NCBI RefSeq assembly: GCF_964355755.1
Contig: NC_092679.1
Coordinates: 24,473,432-24,537,431 of the forward strand
Length of the DNA: 64,000 nucleotides
DNA from: Antedon mediterranea
Lineage: Eukaryota; Animalia; Echinodermata
Direction of reading: 5' to 3'
The notes beneath the pieces were generated by a model that searched no databases, was not told the origin of the DNA, and worked only from the letters and a program-made list of their open reading frames with translations. The position numbers and the translations under genes were made by a program. This document shows, one piece after another, positions 12,501 through 24,900 of this stretch (position 1 is the stretch's first letter; each line of letters opens with the position of its first letter).

Positions 12501-13945
12501 GTATACAAATAAAATGAATGTTTATGAGTAAAATGGTACGAATAATTTCATGAGGTAAAAGATGAAACGTTTCTCGAGGCGAAAGCCGAATGAATCTTCC
12601 ACAAAATTAAATTATTTGTACCATTGTATTAAGAAAAAAATATAAACATGCATTATTCGTTTTATAACACATTATAACAACATATCTAAGTATATCTGCC
12701 TAGGCCAGCGATACTAAACATTGTTAGACAGCTGAAATTGTTCTGGGCTAATTATGTTTTTCCCCACTGATTTCACGTCTTATTTCACGAATGAATGTAA
12801 ATCATACATCTAATTGAAGGGGTTTTTTGTCTAATACATACTACTTTAAGTAAATATTGACTGATCCACGTTTAAAATGCAACCTGTGTGCGCGCCGTCT
12901 AGCCAACAGTGCTGCTTTGCTTACAAAATCAGTTTTAATTTTTTTTCATAAAAGAATTGTATTGCGTCATTCACGTTAGTGTGACGATTAAATAGTAAAG
13001 TGTAAATTAGATAAGATGTTTGTTGTTTTTTTAGAGTGTGAACCAGCAATGCAACATACAACTACAGATACTGGAGGAATCATCAAGTCCCCCGGATATC
13101 CGTTTCAGTACCCAAGAAGTTATTTCATAAATGCGTACAATTTCTGTGATATCACTGTCGATGTACCATCTGGAAAGAAAATCACGTTTGCTTTCGAAGA
13201 CCTCGATTTAGAATCTTGGATCAACAGCAAACTGTTTCTTAACCGAGGTACCCTCAAGTAAGTAATAATATAAATACGTTTCATCATTTTAATGCTATTT
13301 CCCTGGCAAGATTGTGTTGTGTTGTGGAATAGCTTATTCAATGTCACAATGGTTAAATTATTTCCCCATTGTCTGTATTTAAATTTGTTATGAATTTACA
13401 AATGAAATTAAGTTTTCTTTTGAATTTTGAGTAATTAATTGAAATAGACACAATCATAAATTTCATTACAACTTATGATGTATTCATGCAATTTGATTGG
13501 TTAATTACGCATCACGTGTCATTTGAATTAGCCCTACCTCACGGAAAAGTGATATCTAATGGTTAACCCTCTCTTATGTACGCTCAGCTTTTTGTAAACT
13601 TTGAGAGTTCTTTCGTTGAAAAATTCATGATTGCTCTATTTTCAATTCATTAATAATCTTTATTATTTTGTCAATACATTATAGTTAGCGATATCCTATG
13701 AATATATAAACTACATTAAAGATCTATTTCAACCTTTTTCTCCTTGAAACATTCTTCTTATGCATTATCATGATGGATTTCATTGCAGAGAAAAAATTAG
13801 CGGTAATGATGCCTCACAAACATTCACTTACGAAAACGTTGAATCAGTTGTTGTCAGATTCAAGACTGCTAATAATTCCAACAGAGACAAATACTACAGA
13901 GGCTTTTACATGACATATGTTATCGAAGATGCCGATGCATCTTAA
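577..13945 (+). CDS. Astacin (M12A) metalloprotease, BP10/SpAN/tolloid-like; astacin-EGF-CUB-(TSP1)x5-CUB-TSP1-CUB; 5' exons lie outside the window
   Basis: Phase-consistent GT-AG exons. Astacin: 577-712, 1166-1241, 1657-1854 (HEIGHAIGRRHEHTRPDRD, Met-turn SVMHY), 2991-3129. EGF: 3814-3951 (CKNGGFVGKDCACVCPDGLGGEYC). CUB1: 4318-4415, 4632-4756, 5336-5460. TSP1: 6614-6757, 7235-7378, 7595-7738, 8059-8202, 8524-8664 (WGSWSEWGDCSATCG). CUB2: 8975-9090, 9543-9661, 11601-11731. TSP1: 12306-12449. CUB3: 13035-13257, 13789-13945 (TAA). Confidence 0.93.
2327..2874. mobile_element. Non-autonomous DNA transposon with TTAA target duplication (Kolobok-like)
   Basis: 16-bp TIRs agatgtattgtccctt / aagggacaatacatct, with TTAA at 2323-2326 and 2875-2878. 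A related left-end fragment occurs near 40601-40640. Confidence 0.75.
3315..3613 (-). mobile_element. Penelope-like element terminal-repeat remnant (direct plus inverted copies)
   Basis: Degenerate direct copy ~3315-3395, better copy ~3459-3555, and an inverted copy ~3569-3613 of gttgatataaagtttgcggtacaccacgtgtattagttctgaaaa. Contains a hammerhead core. Confidence 0.65.
3520..3555 (-). ncRNA. Minimal hammerhead ribozyme motif (Penelope-type)
   Basis: Minus strand reads CUGAGGA-C-GAUCAA-agcaua-UUGAUC-GAAA-CG-UC: CUGANGA core, 6-bp stem II, GAAA, palindromic ACGU minimal stem III and a GUC cleavage triplet. Stem I is not evident. Confidence 0.6.
6280..6497. mobile_element. Penelope-like inverted terminal repeat remnant
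   Basis: ~70-bp inverted arms at 6280-6349 and 6428-6497; the left arm runs into a hammerhead core. Confidence 0.6.
6332..6367 (-). ncRNA. Minimal hammerhead ribozyme motif (Penelope-type)
   Basis: Minus strand reads CUGAAGA-A-GCUGcCC-gauca-GGaCAGC-GAAA-CUG-UC. Confidence 0.55.
7580..8664 (+). repeat. Recent tandem duplication of TSP1 exon plus intron (~465-bp unit)
   Basis: Introns 7739-8058 and 8203-8523 are nearly identical; exons start at 7595, 8059 and 8524. Confidence 0.9.
9754..10706. mobile_element. MITE with ~145-bp terminal inverted repeats
   Basis: gcgatttttttttttcgtacataagttggggacccc...gtgcacccaagcgtatag (9754-~9900) is inverted at ~10560-10706. It interrupts a gatgccgggg|catgatgggac minisatellite unit. 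Confidence 0.8.
10754..11343. mobile_element. hAT-family MITE (foldback)
   Basis: Termini CAGAGCCATATATA...TATATATGGCTCTG, ~235-270-bp inverted arms, and a perfect 8-bp TSD aagtaggt (10746-10753 and 11344-11351). Confidence 0.88.
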
Positions 13946-15469
13946 TTGAGCGTGTAAAAGAACAAGAGGTAGGAAGGAACATGTGCATGTTTCTATTCTT
14001 TTTTTAATCATAAATAGAAAGGATGAAAAATAATTAGCTTCAGTTCGATTGATGTATTGTTGAATGTCCATTTCTTTGTCTTCGGTTCTCTTGTACATGT
14101 ATGGTTCTAGAGTTTCTACTTTCGATGTCTCGGTTTTTAAACACCTCACACGCTCTCTACTATTGATTTGGAAACATTTTTTCTCTCTCTCTTTCAGGTA
14201 ATGGTTTGACAAAGAAGAAATCGACCGGCTTAACTACGGATTTTGATTTGTTTTAAACAATATTTAAGAATGAATTGTATGTTAGCATTATTCAATCAAG
14301 TTATTTAAGGTCTTCGCTCTTTGTAAGAACAAGGCCAATTTTATGATATTCTCCTTTAATGATTGCTGTTGCGTTCCCTTTTCCTTTCAACCACTAACAT
14401 GTTTCTCAATACTTTCTTTTCTGCATGTCTTTTTTTTTCTCACATTACTACTACTAGTCAAACTAGTTTGAAACTAGTCTTCTTGGTTTCACCTCAAACC
14501 TTTCTTTTTAATATAAAAGGTCATCTTGTTTCCAATTTAAATTATCTTCTTGTGGTAGGTTTTCTTTGGTTTTACTTTAAAATTCATTCTAGATATTCCT
14601 CTCTTTTTTTCTTGGTAATATTATTCTTTTCTTTTTTTATGATAAATAAAAATTTAATATATTAAGTCATCTTGTCTGGTTCAAAGAGAATCCTAATCAC
14701 CACAATTTATGATTATTATTATAATTATTAGTGTTATTATTACTATTATTATTATATTGAAATTATTAATTGAGTATTCCATTCTGCTAATGTTATCTTA
14801 TAAACAGTGCTTATTATTGTCAGGTCATCTGACCCAATATCGTCGAGTTGACCGATCAATGTTACACATCTTGACGGCTTAATTCTAAAGCCTATCTTAA
14901 TATCTTTTACATTTTACTGTATACAGACCCTCCTGATTCTATTTCTATCAATGCACGGTAACGAGTTTTGCCAATTGGCATTAATTGTTTTAAATAGTAA
15001 ATAGTGAATAATAAATGCATGATAAAAGCACTATATTTCACTGTGTATTTTTTGTAAACTTTTCCGCCATATCGTTCATGGGTGATGAGTGTCGCAGTGA
15101 CCTATAGGCTATCCGCAATGCCATGACTAAAACATTATGTTACGATTTATGTAGTCTGACAGGATCCTTATTTTTACCCAACAATTTGTGCTAGCTTCTC
15201 AAATTATAAACTGTTTTGTATCGATGGTAAAATTGAGAACGTTGTTGTTTTTCCTGATTACTGATGTTGTCGCTTCTACTCTGTCGTTGTTGCTGTTTCT
15301 TGATCCTCATCATGATAATTTATAACATAATTAATTGGTTATTATTCTATTAATGTATCTTCTTATCCTACTGCAGAAAAAGTATCGACTTAAAATTCAA
15401 TTATTATGCAATAATATTGCCATATATGCGCATATATTGCGTTATCATCATCGTATAGTAGAGTCATAG

Positions 15470-16945
15470 TAACCAGTTTTGTCAAAAAATAAAAAGCTCG
15501 AAATTTGGCCATTTTTCGAAAATTTTCCTGTACTATAAAATGGCCAATTTTTGACCTTTTTATTTTTCGATAAAACTGGTTACTATAGCACAATTAACAT
15601 GCGCAGAACCCATTATTCGTCTCTGCGCATTAAATGTCAAAAACTAAAAGGGTCGAAAATCGGCCATTTTTCAAAAATTTTCGACCCTTTTATTTTTTGA
15701 CATAAATGGTTACTATTGCATAATAAACATGCGCAGAGACGAATAATGGGTTCTGCGCTTGTCAATTGTGTTATCATAACCATATTTGACATAAATGGTT
15801 ACTATTGCATAATAAACATGCGGAGAGGCGAAAAATGGGTTCTGCGCATGTCAATTGTGCTATAGTAACCAGTTTTATCGAAAAATAAAAAGGTCGAAAA
15901 TTTGCCATTTTTTGAAAAATCCTTGTACTATAGTACAGAGAAATTTTCGAAAAATTGCCGATTTTCGACCCTTTTATTTTTTGACATAAATGGTTACTAT
16001 TGCATAATAAACATGCGCAGAGACGAATACTGGGTTCTGCGCATGTCAATTGTGCTACAGTAACCAGTTTAGACATAAATGGTTACTATAGCATAATAAA
16101 CATGCGCAGAGGCGAATAATGGGTTCTGCGCATGTCAATTGTGCTATAGTAACCAGTTTTATCGAAAAATAAAAAGGTCGAAAATTTGCCATTTTTTTGA
16201 AAAATCCCTGTACTATAGTACAGGAAAATTTTTGAAAAATTGCCGATTTTCGACCCTTTTATTTTTTGACAGAAATGGTTACTATTGCATAATAAACATG
16301 CGCAGAGGCGAAAAATGGGTTCTGCGCATGTCAATTGTGCTATAGTAACCAGTTTTATCGAAAAATAAAAAGGTCGAAAATTTGCCATTTTTTGAAAAAT
16401 CCCTGTACTATAGTACAGGGAAATTTTCGAAAAATTGCCGATTTTCGACCCTTTTATTTTTTGACATAAATGGTTACTATTGCATAATAAACATGCGCAG
16501 AGACGAATACTGGGTTCTGCGCATGTCAATTTTGCTATAGTAACCAGTTTTATCGAAAAATAAAAAGGTCGAAAATTTGGCATTTTTTGAAAAATCCCTG
16601 TACAGATACGAAATTTTTTTTTTAAATCCCTGTACAATAGTACAGGGAAATTTTCAAAAAATTGCCGATTTTTGACCCTTTTATTTGTTGACATAAATGG
16701 TTACTATTTCATAATAAACATGCGCAGAACCCATTATTCGTCTCTGTCAATTGTGCTATAGTAACCAGTTTTGACATAAATGGTTACTATAGCATAATAA
16801 ACATGCGCAGAGTCGACTAATGGGTTCTGCGCATGTTAATTGTGCTATAGTAACCAGTTTTATCGAAAAATAAAAAGGTCGAAAAATGGAAATTTCTTCG
16901 AAAAAATCCCTGTACTATAGTACAGGGAAATTTTCGAAAATTGTT
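15470..16945. repeat. Palindromic satellite: 195-bp period made of ~97-bp monomers in alternating orientation
   Basis: Palindrome centre ccctgtactatagtacaggg or a close variant recurs at ~15921, 16206, 16401, 16628 and 16908. A second centre is catgcgcaga...tctgcgcatg. The array is bracketed by ~85-bp direct repeats at ~15392-15475 and ~17481-17558. Confidence 0.85.
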
Positions 16946-17669
16946 TTTCATGTTTCTTGTATTTTTACTTTAGTTTTAAGTATTAATTTAAGAGAGAGAA
17001 TATTCAATAATAATATAATTACGGTGTTCACATAGTCTCTCTCCAGGGTATTTAATTCTAAAAATTCCAGAAATAAAATTAATACGCTAATAATAACTAA
17101 ACAAGTTTAAGTGAGTATTGAATAAAATAATTATTGACAATTATTCGTAGGGCAGTACCAAATTATTTTATGTTTCCTATGATAATATGTGTTAATATGT
17201 CATTTGAGTGAGTCTTTCATGGCATTTGTAGTTGAGTTAGTCTTTGGTGACAATAGTAACACACACTTGTAATTGAGTGGTATTTTGATTTTTAAATTTC
17301 ATATTTCTAGTTAAAATGTTGAATATCTGAATATACCACAAGGTGTATCATTCCCTAAATAGCCCAAAAAGCTAAAAAAAAGTGATTTTTTTTTTAAATG
17401 TGTCAGTTGAGTCGCTCTTTCATGACAGGGCAGTATAGTACAGGGATTTTATCAAAAATTGTCAAAATATCGACTTATAGAAATTCAATCATTATGCCAT
17501 AATATTGCCATATATGCGCATACATTGCGTTATTATCATCTTATAGAGTCGTAGTAACAAATAATAAAGGGATATTATTACTAGCAACTATGTCTCGTGT
17601 ATTAATAAACTACAAGCATTTACACAACTATAACTTGTTGCCTCAATTAAATGATATATAATGATTGTG

Positions 17670-20600
17670 TTAGCCTGTTTGAATAGTATTTTTTATCCAA
17701 TTGACATAGTTTTCAACCCGAGTGTAAACACCATAAAAACCAGGTTTGGCACAACCGTTGCCCCAGGATACAATTCCATGTACAAAATAAGCCAGGTCAT
17801 AATTTCTAAACATCAAAGGCCCACCGCTATCACCTCTACATGCATCTTTGCCTCCTACATGAAGTAAAAAAGTATGATAATATTGTTACTGTTGTCTAAC
17901 CTAACAACTGTTGATAACTTAGTGACAACAACAACAAATACAAAACATTGGTCAATAGTTTAGTTTTCAAATAAGTAGGATTTTTTTTCATTCAGAGGTT
18001 GATTCTCTTTATGTTTAACATTTACTTGTATAACTTTCGAATTTAGCTCCATTCTACATTTATAACCAAACAAACCATTACAAATGACATGGTAACGTAA
18101 TGAGGATTGACCGAACAACACACACACACACTACTGTATTCCTACAGTATCCAAGATTCTCAATAACTGGTTAGATTTATTATGCGTTAGCTGGGTTTTA
18201 GTTACACTAGCTGGAAGGAATGTATTCGATCAGATGATAGTTTCTTTTCTTAGAGTTTCTATAAGTAAAGGCCTATTATAAGAATATAATTGGCCTGTAC
18301 ATTGTGTTTAAATAATATCTTATCTCTAATATTGTGTTGTAAATAAATTAATCTTACCATGTCTTTCTCCTGCACACACCATGTTTTCAGTGACTTCTAC
18401 CGGTGGTCGGAACGCATCATCACAAGTGTTTCTTGAAACAAGTGACACGTATACCTCGCGTAAGTAATTCGAAGTGCTATGATACACGGACATTTCTCCC
18501 CAACCAATTACAACACCTTTCATTGATGGTGCATCAGCGTGGTCAACATTGGCTTTATTGTTATCAGTTGTGTTACTTTGTTCAGGTAGACAGATAGGAC
18601 GTATTACACGGGAAAATTGAACTGATTGGTTTAGTTTGATAAGAGCTATGTCAGCATCAAATGCAGCGTTCACGTCGAATTGAACTGATTGGTTTAGTTT
18701 GATAAGAGCTATGTCAGCATCAAATGCAGCGTTCACGTCGAATTGAACTGATTGGTTTAGTTTGATAAGAGCTATGTCAGCATCAAATGCAGCGTTCACG
18801 TCGAATTGAACTGATTGGTTTAGTTTGATAAGAGCTATGTCAGCATCAAATGCAGCGTTCACGTCGAATTGAACTGATTGGTTTAGTTTGATAAGAGCTA
18901 TGTCAGCATCAAATGCAGCGTTCACGTCGAATTGAACTGATTGGTTTAGTTTGATAAGAGCTATGTCAGCATCAAATGCAGCGTTCACGTCGAATTGAAC
19001 TGATTGGTTTAGTTTGATAAGAGCTATGTCAGCATCAAATGCAGCGTTCACGTCGAATTGAACTGATTGGTTTAGTTTGATAAGAGCTATGTCAGCATCA
19101 AATGCAGCGTTCACGTCGAATTGAACTGATTGGTTTAGTTTGATAAGAGCTATGTCAGCATCAAATGCAGCGTTCACGTCGAATTTTGGATGCATTACAC
19201 ACTTTTCTGGATAATAAACCTTTAAAAAAATGCAAATGATATAATTGTTATATATATTGTAAAGGACCGTCTAACTTTTGTTTTGGGACAGATACAGAAT
19301 TCTCGATAGTCTATCTGGATTATTTGTCAATATTTGGTAATACAACATCGCATGTGTTCCACATGTATCATCTAGTATCATCATAACATAACCCTTAACC
19401 TTACATGATACATACAATAAGATGCTGTATCATAATAGTACCAAATATTCATATGATACTAGGCAAATATTGTAGTATTTTGAGAATCGGATATGCTAGA
19501 AGGGGTAAGTTGTTCAAAGTTGCTGGCGCTAAATATGGAATAACCTACCAACTGAAATTAAGCATTCCCTAACAATTGCTTCATTCAAAGCTAGATACAG
19601 ATCTCATTATTTTTCAAAAAAATAAAATTTTTTTCCATGATTTCTTTGTATTTATGACAGGACCATAATGCAAAACAGGTTTTCTTTTACCTGATTGTGT
19701 AATTCTGTATAAAGATGTTGTTAAATAAATAAATAGCTTATTTTGTGTATTCTGGAAGAACCAACACCTAATCCATTGTTAACATGTGTGTCTATGGGAT
19801 GGTCTACAAAACATTGGATAGAACTGGGGTTCATATTTTAAAGAAGCATTAGTGGTCGGAAATGACACGTACCACATATTTCGTTATGTTAATAAGTAAA
19901 TGTAATCGTTTTACCCAAAGACAATGTATACCGAATACTCAGAAAGTACTGCAAATTTGGCAATTTAAGATGGTGGTGTTGAAATTTATAACGTAAATAA
20001 TCTTTTAGTAATGGTATATCTATTATTTACAAGATTATTCATGGATTCACATTATTCAATATTGTTGGTATTATGTCGTGGATGATTAACAATGGTATAC
20101 CTCTTTATCTTCCTGGCTTGACAGTTCGTTAGACCCCAAAAAGATATCCACAGAAGAGGGTGGTAGCACACCTCTACCAAATGGTGTTGTAGTATCGTTT
20201 AGACAATGGGCGGCTGTCAGTATCCACTGGTCATTTATCAAAACTCCTCCACAGATTGATTCCACATAGTCCCACTTCGTTCTTCTGATTCTTAGTAAGG
20301 CTTGCCATGGCCATGATCCAGCAACTGCTCTTCTACCGCCATAAATACGACCTATTTGACGATCACCAAGTGGTCGAGGGTTAGGGGGGACATCAGCTTC
20401 ACCACAAATCTGTTCACAGACTGGTTCATCGGGACGCCATACACCTTCAGTAGTACATACTCTACTACTTTCACTTTCTAAAGTCAGATCATAATAACTG
20501 TCACATTCATAATACACGGAATTTCCAAAAGTGAAGTTATTGTTACGTGTGAAATGGACGTTGGTTTACTGCATTCGACAATTTGACATCCTGTTACTTC

Positions 20601-20758
20601 ACCCGACCAGCTGCCATCGGCTCTACAAGACCTTGATTTTGATCCTGTCAGAATATAGCCTTCGTTGCATTTAAATGTAACCGTAGATGGATATGTAAAA
20701 TCATCACCTATCAGTACTCCATGACTTGGTGCTGTTATATCAATACACGATTTGTTGC
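17670..20758 (-). CDS. CCP-CCP-trypsin module exons of the mosaic protease
   Basis: Exons 20101-20758, 18358-19219 and 17670-17854. Triad His (TAAHC), Asp (DIAL) and Ser (GDSGGP, AGC codon) are present; S1 Asp189 (DAC) implies trypsin-like specificity. Confidence 0.85.
18617..19183 (-). repeat. Perfect 63-bp x9 coding tandem repeat ([21 protein letters not shown])
   Basis: Nine identical 21-codon units in ORF 18326-19195, each containing the catalytic-Asp motif DIALIKL. Confidence 0.97.
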
Positions 20759-21252
20759 CTGTGAATTGAAAAATATGTGACAAATAATTTGTAAATCAAT
20801 GGTCGTATCATCTGAATTTACGGTGTTTGTACACTGCAGATTTTATTATAGTACACCGTACAAAAACGGTTTATTAACTTTACGAAAACTATGAGAGAAT
20901 GATGTCACGTAATCATATAGACATTTTTAAATTCAATTTATGAGTAATACATAATTCACGGTCTGATAATAAACCAACAGAATGATAACATTGCCTTTAG
21001 TAATAATATTAATGATAGCCTACTATAAACGAATGATATAACAGTGAATTATTTTCATATTTAGATCTCAGCTCGTCTGCATATTATTTACCCACAGTTT
21101 AAAGTTTACTAGGATTAACAGTATTGTAGTAGACGGTTAAAATCTAACTCCAGGATACTTTTATGTAAAAACGGAGTAAGATTCAAAGGAATCATATTTC
21201 TATTACAAAATAATATAATACGTTATATACATTATCTGAATGTAGATGAGTA

Positions 21253-21843
21253 AATGTGGACAGGGGTGTAATCTATATTACCTAATGTGGACAGGGGTGT
21301 AATCTATATTACCTAATGTGGACAGGGGTGTAATCTATATTACCTAATGTGGACAGGGGTGTAATCTATATTACCTAATGTGGACAGGGGTGTAATCTAT
21401 ATTACCTAATGTGGACAGGGGTGTAATCTATATTACCTAATGTGGACAATGGTGTAATCTATATTACCTAATGTGGACAAGGGTGTAATCTATATTACCT
21501 AATGTGGACAGGGGTGTAATCTATATTACATAATGTGGACAAATGTGTAATCTATATTACCTAATGTGGACAAGGGTGTAATCTATATTACCTAATGTGG
21601 ACAGGGGTGTAATCTATATTACCTAATGTGGACAGGGGTGTAATCTATATTACCTAATGTGGACAGGGGTGTAATCTATATTACCTAATGTGGGCAGGGG
21701 TGTAATCTATATTACCTAATGTGGACAGGGGTGTAATCTATATTACCTAATGTGGACAGGGGTGTAATCTATATTACCTAATGTGGACAGGGGTGTAATC
21801 TATATTACCTAATGTGGACAGGGGTGTAATCTATATTACCTAA
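21253..21843. repeat. 31-bp intronic minisatellite, ~19 copies
   Basis: Unit aatgtggacaggggtgtaatctatattacct. Confidence 0.95.
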
Positions 21844-21941
21844 TCAGCAACGATCTAACTAATACGTTTCAGTTAATGTATTTATTTTTTTATCTATGTT
21901 AAATCAATGTATTCACATTTTTAATCATAATGTTTATTTAC

Positions 21942-24900
21942 CTGGGCAGCCAAGAATTTCAAACATCATACTAATGTGGTTGTTCCAAGTCATTGGATGG
22001 ATTCTAATAAATCGTGCATGTATTTCAAATAGAAATACATTGGTAACTTGTGTATCTTTATCTGTATTGCCAACAAACACCTACAAATAAACAACAATAT
22101 CCAATACAAGAAAATGGTACTAATCATAAAAATCATCTTAAGCGCATTCTTCATTTGTAAACTATCTGTCTTACTTACCTTCGATGTTCCAACAGTGGTC
22201 ATAATTGTCTGCCAGTTAGAACCGTCCATGCCATACAAGACTTCATATGACTTAACCCATTGATCATAATTTCCATTACGTCCTTGAGTAACTACACCAG
22301 TCACTACTTTCACTTCATTAAGATCAACTTGAATCCACTGATTACGATCATTGGTTTTGGCTGCCCATGCACCAATTCCATCACTATTAGGTTCAATATT
22401 CAATCTACCACGACGAGCACCGTGTTGTGCATTGTATTCACTTGAAGCACGGATGTTTTCTGATGGAATTTCTGATGATTCTATGCCAAGTTTTGAACTA
22501 GTGCAAGAAACTGCTGAAAAGATCAATGGTAATATGCAATAAAAAGAAAGAAACAGTTACATAGTTACACCATGCGTCAATGTCCATACAGGTTTTTTCT
22601 GGAATATTTTGAGAAGCTCTTATACATTTCGTAGGTATTGCTCTATTTTGATATAGTTATACACCTACAAGTTTGTGAGGAAGAGAATACAATCATTTAG
22701 AAAATGAATTTGATTAACTCAAATTCATACATGTTATGATGTAAACATACACATCTACTATTTGCTGCAAATAACATAATAATGTAAAGTACTGCATACA
22801 TTGGTGTAGTTTAAAAATATCACTAAAATATACCTGAACAACCAAGAACTTCAAATCTTAAACTAATGTGATTATTCCAAGCTGTTGGGTGAATACGAAT
22901 GTGACGAGCAATCACTGGTTTTAGAAACATATTGGTAACTTGAGAATCAGGATTTGTGTTTCCAACAAATTCCTGAAATTTAAAAAATATTACAGAAGTA
23001 GTTTATACATTTATAAAACATTAAAATAACAAAAAAAATGGAAAAACACTGTTGTTAATTAGCCTAGGTATCATTTTAGTATTTGGAAGCTATTCTCGAT
23101 AGCAAAACTGCACCATATTTAAACTAATTCCATTCAAAATGATGCCAAATTTTGAATAATTTGGTGACATACAGTAGGGCCGTTAAAAAGAGTAACTCAC
23201 CATAGCAGTATCATTGGCTTCAACAATGTCTTCAAAGTTGTTTCCATCGATACTGTACAACACTTCAAAAGCTGTAACCCATTGGTCATATCCGCCTCCA
23301 TTACGTCCTTGTGTAATCACTCCAGTCACCCTTTTTAGAGCACCAATGTCAGCTTGTATCCATTGGTTTTGGTTATTTGATTGTGCAGCCCAAGCACCAA
23401 TATTACCGTTCCTTGGAGTCATATTAAGCCTTCCATATGCAGGTCCGTGTTGCGCATTCCATTCCGTTGATGATGTAAGTGTAATTGTTCCGTCTTCTAC
23501 TCCCAAAGGATCCGTACAGAACTTTGTTTTGGCTAACAATTGTACCATAGTATAATAAAAATGAATGTTTTCTTAAACATTAATAATAACAATATTCACA
23601 TATTATAGTTAACTGTAAAGGTTTTTAAAGCTCAGGTACAGGCATGAATTTTAAATATAATATTTGGTTAATTGTACATAAATCAAATATTTTTAACAGA
23701 AATCAAGATGAAAAAAACATGAATTTTCCTTAATATGGTCAAATACAAAATTTGGCAAAATTCTTCCATAAAAACCAGGAAGACTTTTTTTCAGTAGTTA
23801 GGGAGTAAACCTGATGTAATAACATGTCTGGTGACTCCCTAGACGGTGAAAAAAGATGGTGGATATACAGTGGATAATGTTTGCTATAGCATGAAAATAA
23901 AAATCTGAAGTTGAATAAAAATACTAGAAATGTAGTATTCAAGTTATATTACCTATATTTAGTCATCTGATAACATTTTTTACCACACTTTTTATTTTTC
24001 ATAACTTTTTAAAATGCCTCTCTATTTACAAAATTTGTGTACAAAAGAATAGAGATTTTACTGTGTAATTTGAACTATCCCCCCACTGATAAGAAAGTGC
24101 TTATTTTCAACAAGCTCGTGTAACACAAATTAAATGCCAACAATTATGAAACATAGGGGAAACTATAGATCGATAATTATTGGAATGTATGATCAATAGA
24201 AATTTTTTTCCCGCACCTAGCCTTTAACATAAAAGAATTTAAATATTCACATAAACATTTTCCAAAGTGATTTGCCTGTAAAATCGAGGTTTGTCAAAAA
24301 AATGATTTATGTATTTATAGTCATAATGTGTTACAATTTATTTACCTGTGCAGCCAAGAATTTCAAACCTCATACTAATGTGGTTGTTCCAAGTCATTGG
24401 ATGGATTCTAATAAATCGTGCATGTATTTCAAATGGAAATACATTGGTAACTTGTGTATCTTTATCTGTATTTCCAACAAACACCTACAAATAAACAACA
24501 ATATCCAATACAAGAAAATGCTACTAATCATACAAATCATCTAAAGCGCATTCTCCATTTGTAAACTATCTGTCTTACTTACCGTCGATGTTCCAACAGT
24601 GGTCATAATTGTCTGCCAGTTAGAACCGTCCATGCCATACAAGACTTCATATGACTTAACCCATTGATCATAATTTCCATTACGTCCTTGAGTAACTACA
24701 CCAGTCACTACTTTCACTTCATTAAGATCAACTTGAATCCACTGATTACGATCATTCGTTTTGGCTGCCCATGCACCAATTCCATCACTATTAGGTTCAA
24801 TATTCAATCTACCACGACGAGCACCGTGTTGTGCATTGTATTCACTTGAAGCAAGGATGTTTTCCGATGGAATTTCTGATGATTCTATGCCAAGTTTTGA

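Noticed and set aside
15774-16694. 100- and 202-aa ORFs with 65-aa periodicity
   Set aside because: Translations of the 195-bp palindromic satellite.
21253-21843. CRISPR-like regular 31-bp repeats
   Set aside because: No unique spacers and no cas genes; eukaryotic intron.
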